Positions 12,584 to 24,702 of a stretch of DNA of 64,000 nt are shown here, in pieces. The position numbers and the translations under genes are program-made. The notes under the pieces are model-generated. The model did no database searches. It was not told the DNA's origin and worked only from the letters and a program-made list of their open reading frames with translations. The number at the start of each line of letters is the position of its first letter. The first letter of the stretch is position 1. The stretch comes from Octopus sinensis (Eukaryota), in NCBI RefSeq assembly GCF_006345805.1, contig NC_043006.1, forward strand, positions 372,001 to 436,000, written 5' to 3'.

Positions 12584-12669
12584 ACTTTCCCGAAGAGAAG
12601 ATTGCATTGTTTATACCATTTATTCTTTTGAATAGTATCAGTGGAATTTTCGAAACATGTGTCGAAAGT
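12584..12669 (+). ncRNA. Type I hammerhead ribozyme (U4C core variant) in PLE 3' UTR/pLTR
   Basis: Stem I ACTTTC/GAAAGT; core CCGAAGA (12590-96); long stem II GAAGATT/AATTTTC; GAAA; minimal self-complementary stem III ACATGTGT; GTC cleavage triplet at 12661-63. Confidence 0.7.
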
Positions 12670-12799
12670 AAAAATACTTGTTTAAACCTGCGTTAACTCC
12701 ATTTTTTATTCATATATATATATATAGCTGAATCACTACCAAAAATAGAGAAGAAATCCTCTTCACCAGGAGGAGTGACCTTAACACTTCTGCTGTGGT

Positions 12800-13670
12800 G
12801 TAAGGGTCTTATTGAGTAAAGCAAGATGCCAGATATCTCAGTCCTTCATCATTTTGTCTGCAAGGTCCAGTGCCGGAGGTTGTCCTTCAGTCCTTCGTCC
12901 CATGTCTTCCTGGGTCTCCCTCTTCCACATGTTCCATCTACTTTGGGACATCGGTACTTCTTTATGGTGCTGTCGGCATCCATCCATCAGCATCACATGA
13001 CCAAACCAGAGCAGTCTCCTCTCTTGCACACAGCAACTAATTCTTCTTATGCCTAACTTCTCTCTCAATTCACTCGTACTCTGTCAAATATGTACACTTA
13101 CATTACACATCCAGCAGAGCATGCTATTGTCTCATTCCTCTCTAACCATCGCATCTCCTCTGCATTCAGGGCCCACATCTCACTACCATGTACAATTACT
13201 GTCTGTATATAATCTTCATCCATCATACAAGCTTCCTTTCATTCGGAGAGGGAAACATTTCATATTTAACAGAAGTAAAAGCTCTCTGAATTTCCTCCAT
13301 CCTATTCTTATCCTAGCTTTTACACTCTCTGTGCATCCTCCCCACTACTAATTTGTCCCCTTGGTAGCAGAAATGATCTAATGAGCCATCAGGGCATTTG
13401 AGAGAATCAATTTCTTGGGTCTTTAGTTTTTATGGATCCTATATGTTTTCCACATATGAACAGTACTCTCTCTGATAACTTTCCTATTATTCCACTGCAT
13501 CTCATGTATCCATAGCTTATACTGGGTATACTGTATGGAGTTCTTGCCTTCACCTATCCTACAAATTGAGCAGGGCCACCCACATGAAGTGGGATAGTCC
13601 TGTCTGTTTTCTTGTTTACCAAGACCTTAGTGTTTGCTAAGTTAATCTGAAGGTCCTTAGATTCCAGGTT
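12800..13670 (-). mobile_element. Old RTE LINE 3' coding fragment
   Basis: Minus strand: REKLGIRRISCCVQERRLLWFGHV plus PHD remnants; homologous to ~17900-18750. Confidence 0.8.
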
Positions 13671-14331
13671 TTGAGAACAAAATTACATAGAGTACAAAGA
13701 ATACAGAAGCCTAAGGGGGGAGGGCATGGCATTTCAGGTCCAACAGCTGTTTCTGGAGGGCTGGAATTATGTAATAGTTGTAATGTTGCAGATGGAGTAT
13801 GCAAAAGGTCAAAGATACACAACCAGTAGTGGATGCATATAAACATTGCCATAAACCTGGCTTCTGTCATTAGAGTAGGAAAATTGATAATTAGTAGTTC
13901 AGATCATAATGCAAATGAGTTTAAGGGTAGCATGAGTGGAGTGTTGAAGTAGAGGAAGGTCAAAAAGAGATAGGACAGGCAGAGCACAAAGAGGGAGGAG
14001 TGAGTGACTGAGAGAAGTAATAGTAGTGAATCGAGAGATGAATGAGAGGGGTGGGAAGGGTAGCATTGTTATTGGGTGTGGCAACAATATATACACACAT
14101 ATGTATACAGATACAGGTATGGCTGTGTGGTAAGAAGCTTGCTTCCGAACCACTTGGTTCCAAGTTCAGTACCAATGTGTAGCACCTTGGGCTGACCATG
14201 ACCTTGTGAGTAGATTTTTGTTTGACAGAATCTGCTGCTTGCAATGTAAAATTTGGAAACCCATGACTAAAAAGCAAGGAAGAAGATAAGAGAAGGCACT
14301 CCATTGGTTACGGCATTGAGTTGGTCCCCCC

Positions 14332-14374
<43 letters not shown>

Positions 14375-15019
14375 ATATATATATATGGTTGGCGTTAGGA
14401 AGTGCATCCAGCCGTAGAAACACTGCCAGATCTGACTGGGCCTGACGAAGCCTTCCAGCTTCACAGACCCCAGTTGAACCGTCCAACCCATGCTAGCATG
14501 GAAAGCGGATGCTAAATGATGATGATGATACAATGGGCTTCTTTAAGTTTCCATCAACCAAATCCACTCACAGCTTGCTTGTAGAATTAACGTGCAAGTG
14601 GCTGAGCACTCCACAAACACGTGTACCTTTAACGTAGTTCTCAGGGAGATTCAGCGTGACAAAGCTGGCCCTTTGAAATACAGGTACTACTCATTTTTGC
14701 CAGCTGAGTGGACTGAAGTAACGTGAAATAAAGTGTCTTGCTCAAGGACACAATGTGCTGACCTCACATCATGAGCTGAACACCCACTCAGCCATGTGCC
14801 TTTACAGATAAGAACTATAGGAGTTTTAAGAATCCACCCTCAATTGAATATGAGCTTAAATATTCTTTGTGACTTCTATACAGTTAAAAACTTATGCTTT
14901 GGAAGTTACCAAATTGGTATTAGTTGTAGCTAGTATGAAAATGGTGGCACTTCAATACCAAGCATTGGCATTATGTTTTGCATTGCAAAGCCTTGTTTTT
15001 TTTTTATAATTGTTGCTAT

Positions 15020-15190
15020 AGGCACAGGAGTGGCTGTGTGGTAAGTAACTTGCTCACCAACCACATAGTTTCGGGTTCAGTCCCACTGCGTGGCACCTTG
15101 GGCAAGTGTCATCTACTATAGCCTCAAGTCAACCAAAGCCTTGTGAGTGGATTTGGTAGACAGAAACTGAAAGAAGCCCGTCGTATATAT
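15020..15190 (+). mobile_element. SINE family A, 5' half (3' half at ~19410-19610)
   Basis: Head through gaagcccgtcg+(TA)n. The matching second half (gtctgtgtttgtccccccaacatcgcttgac...) follows the RTE tail. Confidence 0.8.
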
Positions 15191-15191
15191 G

Positions 15192-15248
<57 letters not shown>

Positions 15249-15350
15249 CCTGCTCGGTGGCGTCATTCGAAGGCTAAAACAATGCGAACGCATTGTGACC
15301 AGCGATGTGTAGCAACATCTGATGGTCTGGTCGGTCACGTGATCACGTTT

Positions 15351-15394
<44 letters not shown>

Positions 15395-15398
<4 letters not shown>

Positions 15399-18300
15399 TA
15401 CAAACCCATTTGCTAGCTCATACGATTAACAGAACCTCTTTACTCAGCTACGGTGCACCCGCCCTCCCACCCCCACCACGCATGCCGGAAGTTCCTATTC
15501 TCTGCCATTCCGGGGTTGCTTCCCATGAAGACTGCAAATGCTCTCACCATCCCTACCCCTCCCTACCCCTAGTCTCGACCTATGTAAGGTAATGTTCATA
15601 CAGTGCAAAATATGAAAGGCTAGCGTTATGCAGGTTGTACTGAAGGCTACTTTACTACTTCATTTCTTGCACATGAATTCTGCCAAATGCGAGCTTTCTT
15701 TTCAGGTACACGAAGCTACTGTCCACTGTCCCAGGGTCTCTAGAGCCCATGCCTCCCACACCCTCAGGGTTGGCACCCTCAACGTTGGCACTCTGAAAGG
15801 TAGGTCTGGTGAGATAGTCGAGATGCTTGAACGGAGATGTGTGGATATATGTTGCATGCAAGAAATAAGGTGGAGAGGAGGATCAGCTAGGTTCCTCACA
15901 GGCAAGGAACGCAGGTACAAGATTTTCTGGGCAGGGAACACTGACGGGGTTGGTGGCGTGGGTATACTTATCGCTGAGAATGGGTAGATAAAGTAATTGA
16001 GGTAATCAGAGTATGTGACAGAATACTTAAGATTAGATTAGTGCTTCATCATAGTTTAGCAACCATTATATCAGCCTATGCTCCTCAGTCGGGGCTACCC
16101 GATGGACAGAAAGACCGATTCTATGACACTCTACTGCAGACTACCTCGTTGACGAACGACAGAGACCTTATCTTTGTGGCTGGTGACTTCAATGGCCAGG
16201 TTGGACGACATGCTGGGGGCTTCCATGGCGTACATGGAGGCTATGGCTATGGCTCCCGCAACGAGGAGGGAACCAGGCTGCTGGAGTTCTGCGATGCAAA
16301 TAATCTTATGATTTGCAACACTAACTTCAGGAAACCTACCAGCCACCTAGTCACTTACCAATCGGGCCAACATACCAGCCAAATTGACTACATCCTTACA
16401 AGGCAAAGGGAGAGATGGCTGCTTATAAATGCCAAAACCTTCCCAGGTGAAGAATGTACCCCACAACATAGACTGGTAGTTAGTGACTTTAGGATCATCA
16501 CTAGGAGGACAACCAGAAGACGACAAATATGGAGAAGAAGGATCTGGAAGCTTAAAGATCCTGCAAATGGACAGAGATTTAGGGACATATTACTTGAAGC
16601 CTCTGACGAAGTAGAAGGGGATAGAGCATCACAGGGGGTAGAAGACAGCTGGACGTTTCTAAGGGACAACCTGCTGAGAGCCACTGACCAGATCTGTGGC
16701 TGGTGCAAAGTCCCCTCTCGACCTAGAATAACGTGGTGGTGGAACAATATTGTAGACAGGGCTATTAGAGAAAAGAGACAGGCTTGGAAGGTCTGGAAAA
16801 ATGGGGGTAGCAGGGAATTGTATCAGACTGCCAAAAGAGAAGCTAGGAGACAGGTTTATTTAGCCAGAGGGGAAGCAGATAAGAAAAAATTTGCCAATGT
16901 TCTGCGCCGTGAGGACCAAAGACTGGAGGTGTTTCGTGTTGCAAGACAGTGTGTGAGAGAGAATCGTGATGTGGTAGGAGAGAAGTGTGTTCGCATGGAA
17001 GATGGTTCACTTGCGCTAAATGAGGATGCAAAGAGAGAGGTTTGGAGATGCCACTATGAAAGGTTGCTGAATGAAGAAAATGAATGGGATAAAGAGAGTC
17101 TGCCGAACGTTGACCCAACAGAGGGACCAGCTATCCGAGTTGATAGTTCCGTGGTAGCTAAGGCAATTAGAAGCATGAAGACAGGGAAAGCCCTAGGCCC
17201 ATCAGGAATCACTGCAGAGATGCTCAAAATGTCTGGTAGTGTCAGCTATAGCCTAGTCACCCGTATAGTTAATCAGGTGATACACAAAGGGGTCATACCC
17301 AATGACTGGTGTAGCAGTATAATAGTCAACTGCTACAAAGGTAAAGGTGATGCCCTAGATACAAATAACTACAGAGGTATCAAGCTGTTGGACCAGGTGA
17401 TGAAGGTTACGGAGAGGGTCATAGCCCAACTAATTAGAGAGAGAGTTAGTTTAGATGAGATGCAGTTTGGGTTTGTGCCAGGGAAAAGTACTACTGATGC
17501 TATATTCCTGGTAAGGCAGCTGCAGGAGAAATACCTAGCCAAAGATAAGCCCCTGTACCTGGCTTTTGTTGACATGGAGAAAGCCTTCGACAGGGTCCCC
17601 CGATCCCTTATCTGGTGGGCAATGAGGAAACTAGGGATAGATGAATGGTTAGTGAGAGCTGTGCGGGCCATGTATAGGGACGCCGCTAATAGGGTGAGGG
17701 TTGGAAATGAGTACAGTGAAGAATTCCGGGTAGAGGTAGGAGTCCACCAAGGCTCAGTACTCAGCCCCCTCCTATTTATCATAGTCCTCCAGGCAATAAC
17801 GGAGGAATTCAAGACAGGATGCTCTTGGGAGCTCCTCTATGCTGATGACCTTGCTCTAATTGCTGAGTCGCTATCAGAACTGGAGGAGAAGTTTCAGGTG
17901 TGGAAACAAGGATTAGAATCGAAGGGCCTCAGAGTCAATCTAACTAAAACCAAAGTCGTAATCAGTAGGAAGGTAGACAAATCACAAACACCTTCAGGTA
18001 GATGGCCCTGCTCGATCTGTAGAAAAGGTGTAGGTAGAAACTCTATAAGATGCACCAAGTGTAAGCTATGGACACATAAGAGATGCAGCAATGTCAAAGG
18101 AAGGCTAACTAGGAAGATGGTTTTTGTATGTGGCAGATGCTCAGGAACAATAAACACTGAAAATGCTCTGAGACCAACTTCCGTCACTTTCCAGGGAGAA
18201 AAACTAGAAATAGTTGATAGTTTCCGTTACCTAGGTGACCAAGTCAGCAGCGGGGGCGGGTGTGCTGAAAGTGTAACTGCTAGAGTAAGAATAGCTTAGG

Positions 18301-19392
18301 CAAAGTTCAGAGAGCTCTTACCTCTGCTGGTGACAAAAGGCCTCTCGCACAGAGTGAAAGGCAGACTGTATGATGTGTGTGTACGAACAGCCATGCTACA
18401 TGGTAGTGAAACATGGGCCGTGACTGCTGAGGATATGCGTAAGCTCGCTAGAAATGAAGCCAGTATGCTCCGCTGGATGTGTAATGCCGGTACTCACACT
18501 CGGCAGAGTGTAAGTACCTTGAGAGAAAAGCTGGACCTAAGAAGCATCAGTTGTGGTGTGCAAGAGAGACGTTTGCGCTGGTATGGTCATGTGGCGAGAA
18601 TGGATGAAGATAGTTGTGTGAAAAAGTGCCACACCCTAGCGGTTGAGGGAACCTGTGGAAGAGGCAGACCCAGGAAAACCTGGGACGAGGTGGTGAAGCA
18701 CGACCTTCGAACTTTAGGTCTCACTGAGGAAATGACTAGAGACCGAGACCTCTGGAAGTGTGCTGTGCGCGAGAAGACCCGGCAGGACAAGTGAGTCCAT
18801 AACCCGTGGCCTTCTACATGGGATGGAGCCAGCCTACGTATGCATACCTTCCCTTCTTGGGACACAAAACTCTACTTGTGAAGACGTGTTGAGGCAAGTG
18901 AGGATCAGAATCGAAATCGATCAATGGAAATTGCGGATGTGCTACCAGTGCCGGTGGCATGTCGAAACTCTGCTTGTGAAGACCCGTTGAGGCAAGTGAG
19001 GATCAGAATCGAAATCGATCAATGGAAATTGCAGATGTGTTACCAGTGCCGGTGGCATGTAAGAGAACTTTCCGTTTCGCGACCGTTGCCAGCACCGCCC
19101 CGTTTCGTGTCCGTTGCCAGCCTCGCCTGGCCCTCGTGCCGGTGGCACATAAAAAGCACCATCCGTTCGTGGCTGTTTGCCAGCTCTGTCTGGCACCAGT
19201 GCGGGTGGCACGTAAAAAGCACCCACTACACTCACGGCGTGGTTGGCGTTAGGAAGGGCATCCAGCCGTAGAAACACTGCCAGATTTGACTGGGCCTGAT
19301 GAAGCCTTCTGGCTTCACAGACCCCAGTAGAACCGTCCAACCCATGCTAGCATGGAAAACGGACGCTAAACGATGATGATGATGATGATGAT
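15395..19392 (+). mobile_element. Near-full-length RTE-clade LINE (5' UTR, APE-RT ORF, 3' UTR, (GAT)n tail)
   Basis: APE (GTLNV, QE.RW, GDFN, IDY); RT (NYRGIKLL, QFGF, DMEKAFD, HQGS, YADD, FRYLG); RTE C-terminus (LRWYGHV, GRPRKTW); gatgatgat tail. Confidence 0.93.
15628..18794 (+). pseudogene. RTE APE-RT ORF with two visible lesions
   Basis: Frameshift near 15980 (gagaatggg; AEKWVDK expected) and TAG at 18297-99 where the copy near 27870 reads RIAWAKF. Joins ORFs 15628-15987, 16041-18299 and 18330-18794. Confidence 0.85.
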
Positions 19393-20118
19393 ATATATAT
19401 ATATATATATATAAATATGTATGTATGTATGTGTTTGTGTGTCTGTGTTTGTCCCCCCAACATCGCTTGACAATTGATGCTGGTGTGTTTACATCCCCGT
19501 CACTTAGCGGTTCGGAAACAGAGACCGATAGAATAAGTACTAAGCTTTCAAAAAATAAGTCCTGGGGGTGGTGCTCCTGCATGGCCACAGTCAAATGACT
19601 GAAACAAAAAAAGAAAAAGTTTAGTTATGTTGTTTGTGTTTATTTTTTTGTGTTTTTATTATGATAAAAGGGTGTGACTGTGTCAGATTGTTTAGAATGG
19701 TTTTGTTGTTGTTGGTGTTGCCATCTTAAATAACAAAACAAAATGAACAGCGGCAGCAATAACAGCAACAACAACAACAATACACATGCAAAAAAAATAT
19801 ATAAACTGTAATTGTATGGAATGATATTTCTGATGACAAACAAGTCCGTCATAGCAGAGTTGAGTGTAAATGTATAAAAAAAAAAAATAAGAAAATAAGA
19901 AAAAATGCTAGCAGTGAAATCCTGTTCTGCCTTGATTGGTAATTAGTGAGTTTTAAATTTGTGAGTACATTACAAAACAAAGTACCAAACTAATGAAAGA
20001 ATTAATTGCATAAAATATAAAACCTTAATTGCCAAATGCAGTACACCACGAACGCACACACATAAACACACATGCACACACGCATGCATGTACACATGTA
20101 TTTATATACACACATATA

Positions 20119-20880
20119 AGGTGGCGAGCTGGCAGACACGTTAGCGTGCTGGGCGAAATAGTTAGTGGTATTTCGTCTGTCATTACATTCTGATTTCAAA
20201 TTCTGCCAAGGTTGACTTTGCCTTTTCATCCTTTCGGAGTCGATAAATAAAGTACCAGTTTCATACTGGGGTCAATATAATCGACTTAATCCCTTTGTCT
20301 GTCCTTGTTTGTCCTTTCTGTGTTTAGCCCCTTGTGGGTAGTAAAGAAATAGGTTTTAATTCAGATCCCTTTAAAATTCTGCCGAGGTTGACTTTGCCTT
20401 TTCATCCTTTCGGAGTCGATAAATAAAGTACCAGTTTCATACTGGGGTCAATATAATCGACTTAATCCCTTTGTCTGTCCTTGTTTGTCCTTTCTGTGTT
20501 TAGCCCCTTGTGGGTAGTAAAGAAATAGGTTTTAATTCAGATCCCTTTAAAATTCTGCCGAGGTTGACTTTGCCTTTTCATCCTTTCGGAGTCGATAAAT
20601 AAAGTACCAGTTTCATACTGGGGTCAATATAATCGACTTAATCCCTTTGTCTGTCCTTGTTATTCCTTTCTGTGTTTAGCCCCTTGTGGGTAGTAAAGAA
20701 ATAGGTTTTAATTCAGATCCCTTTAAAATTCTGCCGAGGTTGACTTTGCCTTTTCATCCTTTCGGGGTCGATAAATTAAGTACCAGTTTCGCACTGGGGT
20801 TGATGTAATCGACTTAATCCCTTTGTCTGTCCTTGTTTGTCCCCTCTATGTTTAACCCCTTGTGGGCAAATAAAGAAATA
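20119..20880 (+). repeat. SINE family B expanded into a 176-bp tandem array (4 units)
   Basis: ttctgcc(a/g)agg recurs at 20201, 20377, 20553 and 20729. SINE head ggtggcgagctggcag at 20119. Confidence 0.9.
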
Positions 20881-21420
20881 TATATACACACATATACACA
20901 CCCAAAATCAGGTGGCTGGAAAGCAAACTTCTTACTACACAATCACGCCTGCAACTTGCAGTGTTTCTTCTGGTTCTTCATGTTCTGAGTTCAAATCCTG
21001 CTGAGGTCAACTTTGCCTTTTATCCATTCAGTTGTCCCCTTTTAGACTGTGAGTTCAAATTTCACCAAGGGTTTAGTCCCACTGCATGGTTCTTTGGACA
21101 AGTGTCTTCTGCTATAGCCTAGATTTTGACCGAAGCCTTGTGGATGGATTTGGTGGGTAGAAGATGAAGAAAACCCATTGTGTGTGTGTGTGAAACTTGC
21201 ATTATTGAACCCCACCTAAAACCTCACTGTGCACTAAAACAAGGGTACAAATTGTTAACCCCCAATTTATTTTCTCTTTGACTGCCAAAAAAATTCTTTT
21301 TAATAGTTAAGATGGATACTTCGGAACCGGTTATATTTTAAATCACTCACTCACAAAAATATTAATCATTCTCTAAAATGTACTTTTGTGCCTTTTCCAA
21401 CTTATACTTTTATATATATA

Positions 21421-22061
21421 CTAGCAGTATCGCCTGGCGTTGCTCGGGTTTGTAAGGGAAATAACTATATAAGCATTTTTAGAGAGTTATAGCAAAAAAA
21501 TAGCAAAAAAATGCATAAAAAATGGAAAAAAAATGATGGTAATTTTTTTTAAATCGTTGACTCATCGTAGACATTTTTAGAGAGTTACTTCCCTTATATA
21601 ATAGCGAAAAAATGCATTAAAATCGAAAAAATGATGGTATTTGTGGATCTGTTTCAGCTTTTTTTAGCGATTTCTGTTTTGGCGACTTCAAGCCATGAAG
21701 TCGTTGTTCTAAAAGAACGCTGGTCTCCTTGACAACGCTTTACAACGTTGATTTCCTTACTCTCCCTTCCCCACAGCTTCACGAGGGAGGGAAGAAGGGG
21801 GAGAAGCAACACAGGTGCAGGTGTGAGCACGGACGCCAACTCCGCCGCCTTCCCTTTATTTAAAAAATATGCGTTAAAATGGAAAAAAATTATGGTAAAT
21901 TATTTTTAAAATCGTAGACTCATCGTAGACGCGCGCTAATACTCAGACGGGCTCGATATGAATCATGACTATAAGATACCCGAATTTGGTGAAACTGCAC
22001 CGCAAAATGTGGGAGTAGTTAGGAATCTAAATCGAAGGGGACAAACACTCACACAACTTCA

Positions 22062-22075
<14 letters not shown>
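21421..22075 (-). mobile_element. Non-autonomous Helitron-like element
   Basis: Minus-strand 3' end cccgagcaacgccaggcgatactgCTAG|t (hairpin + CTAG) and 5' tatataaaagtgaagttgtgtg. Same family as 51166-51558. Confidence 0.7.
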
Positions 22076-22103
<28 letters not shown>

Positions 22104-22309
22104 CGCAGGCATAGCTGTATGGTAAGGGGCTTGCTTCCCAAGCACATGGTTCTGGGTTCAGTCCCACTGCATGGCAACTTCGGCAAGTGTCTTCTACTGT
22201 AACCTCAGGCTGACCAAAGCCTTGTGAGTGGATTTGGTTGATGGAAACTGAAAGAAGCCCATTGTGTGTATATATATATATATACACACACATATATATA
22301 TATATATAT

Positions 22310-22393
<84 letters not shown>

Positions 22394-22400
22394 ATATATA

Positions 22401-22736
22401 TACCTTTTGACCGACAGATTTAAAAATTAATTTTTTGTAACTAAACACTTTCAAACTTCAGACGTAAACACACTAACATCAGTTGTCAAGCAATGAGGGA
22501 TAGACACACACACATGCATACACACACACATATATATATATATATACATCTTTATATATATATACACACATATATATATATATATATACACACATATATA
22601 TATATATGTGTGTGTGTTTGCATGTGTGTGTGTCTATCCCTCATTGCTTGACAACTGATGTTAGTGTGTTTACGTCTGAAGTTTGAAAGTGTTTAGTTAC
22701 AAAAAATTAATTTTTAAATCTGTCGGTCAAAAGGTA
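22401..22736. repeat. Long inverted repeat (arms >=120 bp) around a TA/CA microsatellite
   Basis: taccttttgaccgacagatt...gggatagacacac is the reverse complement of gtgtgtctatccc...aatctgtcggtcaaaaggta. Confidence 0.92.
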
Positions 22737-23109
22737 AAGATCCGTTTTTGGCAGCAGAGCACCTTACGAGAGGAGCCCTGGTGGTCCGCAAAAGTAATAC
22801 TGGGGTTCTATGAACATTTTAAGCTGACCAAACTGTCAATATTCTGGGGTCTGTGGGAAAACTCATTTAAATAAAAGGAGCCCTTGGTAGTGAAAAGGTT
22901 GGGAACCACTGCCTTAGTGTTTGCTTTTATATGTCACTATTCATAACATCCATCGATCTGTCCATCGATCTGTCCATCGATCTGTCCATCTGTCTGTCCA
23001 TCTACACACATATATTTAGATAGATTCACAAATGTACATGCATACAAACATACGCACACATATACATATGTACATACATACTCATTAATATGTACACACA
23101 TATACTAGA

Positions 23110-23640
23110 CACTAAACTCTGCTTGCGAAGACCTGTTGGGGCAAGTGAAATCGAAATTGAACCAAATCCTATGACTGGCACCCGGCAGTTGCCAGGACCG
23201 CTGGACTGACTCCTGTGCAGGTGGCAAGTGAAGAAACACCATTTCTACCCTGTGCTTGAGGAGATCCATTGAGTCAAGTATATCAACATCAAAATCAATG
23301 GAAACTGCAGTTGTGATCCCTGTGCCGGTGGCACGTAAAAAGCACCATCTGAACGTGGCCAATGCCAGCGCCGCCTTGACTGGCTTCCATGCTGGTGGCA
23401 CGTAAAATGCACCAATCCGATCGTGGCCATTGCCAACCCCGCCTGGCACCTGTGCCGGTGGCATGTAAAAAGCACCCACTACACTCACGGAATGGTTGGC
23501 GTTAGGAAGGGCATCCAGCTGTAGAAACACTGCCAGATCAGACTGGAGCCTGGTGCAGCCTTCTGACTTCCCAGACCCCGGTCGAACTGTCCAACCCATG
23601 CTAGCAGGGAAAGCAGATGTTTAAACGATGATGATGATGA
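23110..23640 (+). mobile_element. RTE 3' UTR fragment
   Basis: cttgcgaagacctgttg..., gtgccggtggcacgtaaaa units, tggcgttaggaagggcatccag, (GAT)n tail. Confidence 0.8.
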
Positions 23641-24418
23641 CAGGCATACATAATACATGTGTATGTATGCATAGATACTTGTTTACATGTGTACAAACAC
23701 ACATATATACATGTATACATGCACAGATGTACACATATTTATACATACATACATACATACATACAGTCTTACATTCATATATACATACACACACATAGAT
23801 ACATACATGTGTATGTGCACATGTATGCACATATACACACATCAATATTACCAAAATAGCACTGCGTCTGGCTCCGCTTGATCCTTGACCTGGTTTTCAC
23901 TTCTATTTTTTTATATGTTTTCATGAAGTGTGTTTGAGTAGTTTATTTTTATGTATTACTATCCATACCCTGCCGCTATGCTGCCAGGTAATGACCCAGT
24001 CAAGTTGAAATAGATCCTTCAATGAATGATCACATTGATATACCCAACAACAATCTCTATTTTTTGTTCTTTCTTGAAACACATTTTAATTCTATCTTTC
24101 ACACCAATGCAATAAGTGCATGACTCTGAGAGGGGGAAGATGTTGCACAAAATCATAATTAACTGATAATCGTGTATTTTCTTTTACCCTAAGCCAGGAA
24201 CTTTTCAGCATCGTCTCGTATACATATAGTTATTCTTTTGAAGTCTGTTTTGCATTGTGTTGACAGACTTCTACTTAAAATTCATACAGTTTTAATCAAA
24301 ACCTGTTAGTTACTATGGTGACAATACTACCTATGTATGTATGTATGTATGTATGTATGTATGTATGCATGCATGCATGTATGTATGTATCTATCTATCT
24401 ATCTTACACACACACACA

Positions 24419-24450
<32 letters not shown>

Positions 24451-24541
24451 GAGTATTTCTCTCTCAACAACTTTTTCTCTTCCCCTTCTTCTAAATGTAT
24501 GTTGCGACAGGGGCTATCCCCCCCCTTTTGATTCCTCCCCT

Positions 24542-24577
<36 letters not shown>

Positions 24578-24702
24578 ACACTGATGTTATTACAAACAGT
24601 CAGACAAAGATCAGCTTCTCTTTTATGATATAAGATTGCACCTCCATTGTGGCAGTTGTGGTGTTTTTCTTGGAAATATGTTCTTAGAACAATTATTCAT
24701 TA

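Larger units (their letters stand above)
8113..12710 (+). mobile_element. Penelope-like retroelement (probably Naiad clade), 5'-truncated, interrupted by a CR1-type LINE
   Basis: RT motifs HKPNF..LRLI, FIQFDISNFY.SI, FDIPMGSSDSAQIADL, GLYHDD; resumes with NFLDITL, SNHP and a C-terminal GIY-YIG (IYQC...FYIGST, TGLSKLIW, CLLC..E, CRH). Hammerhead in 3' UTR. Confidence 0.85.

Noticed and set aside
15395-15480. HDV-like or twister ribozyme at the RTE 5' end
   Set aside because: Known for some RTEs, but I could not assemble the required pairings here by eye.
20198-20880. Regular repeats as a CRISPR array
   Set aside because: 176-bp units without unique spacers, SINE-derived, eukaryotic context.
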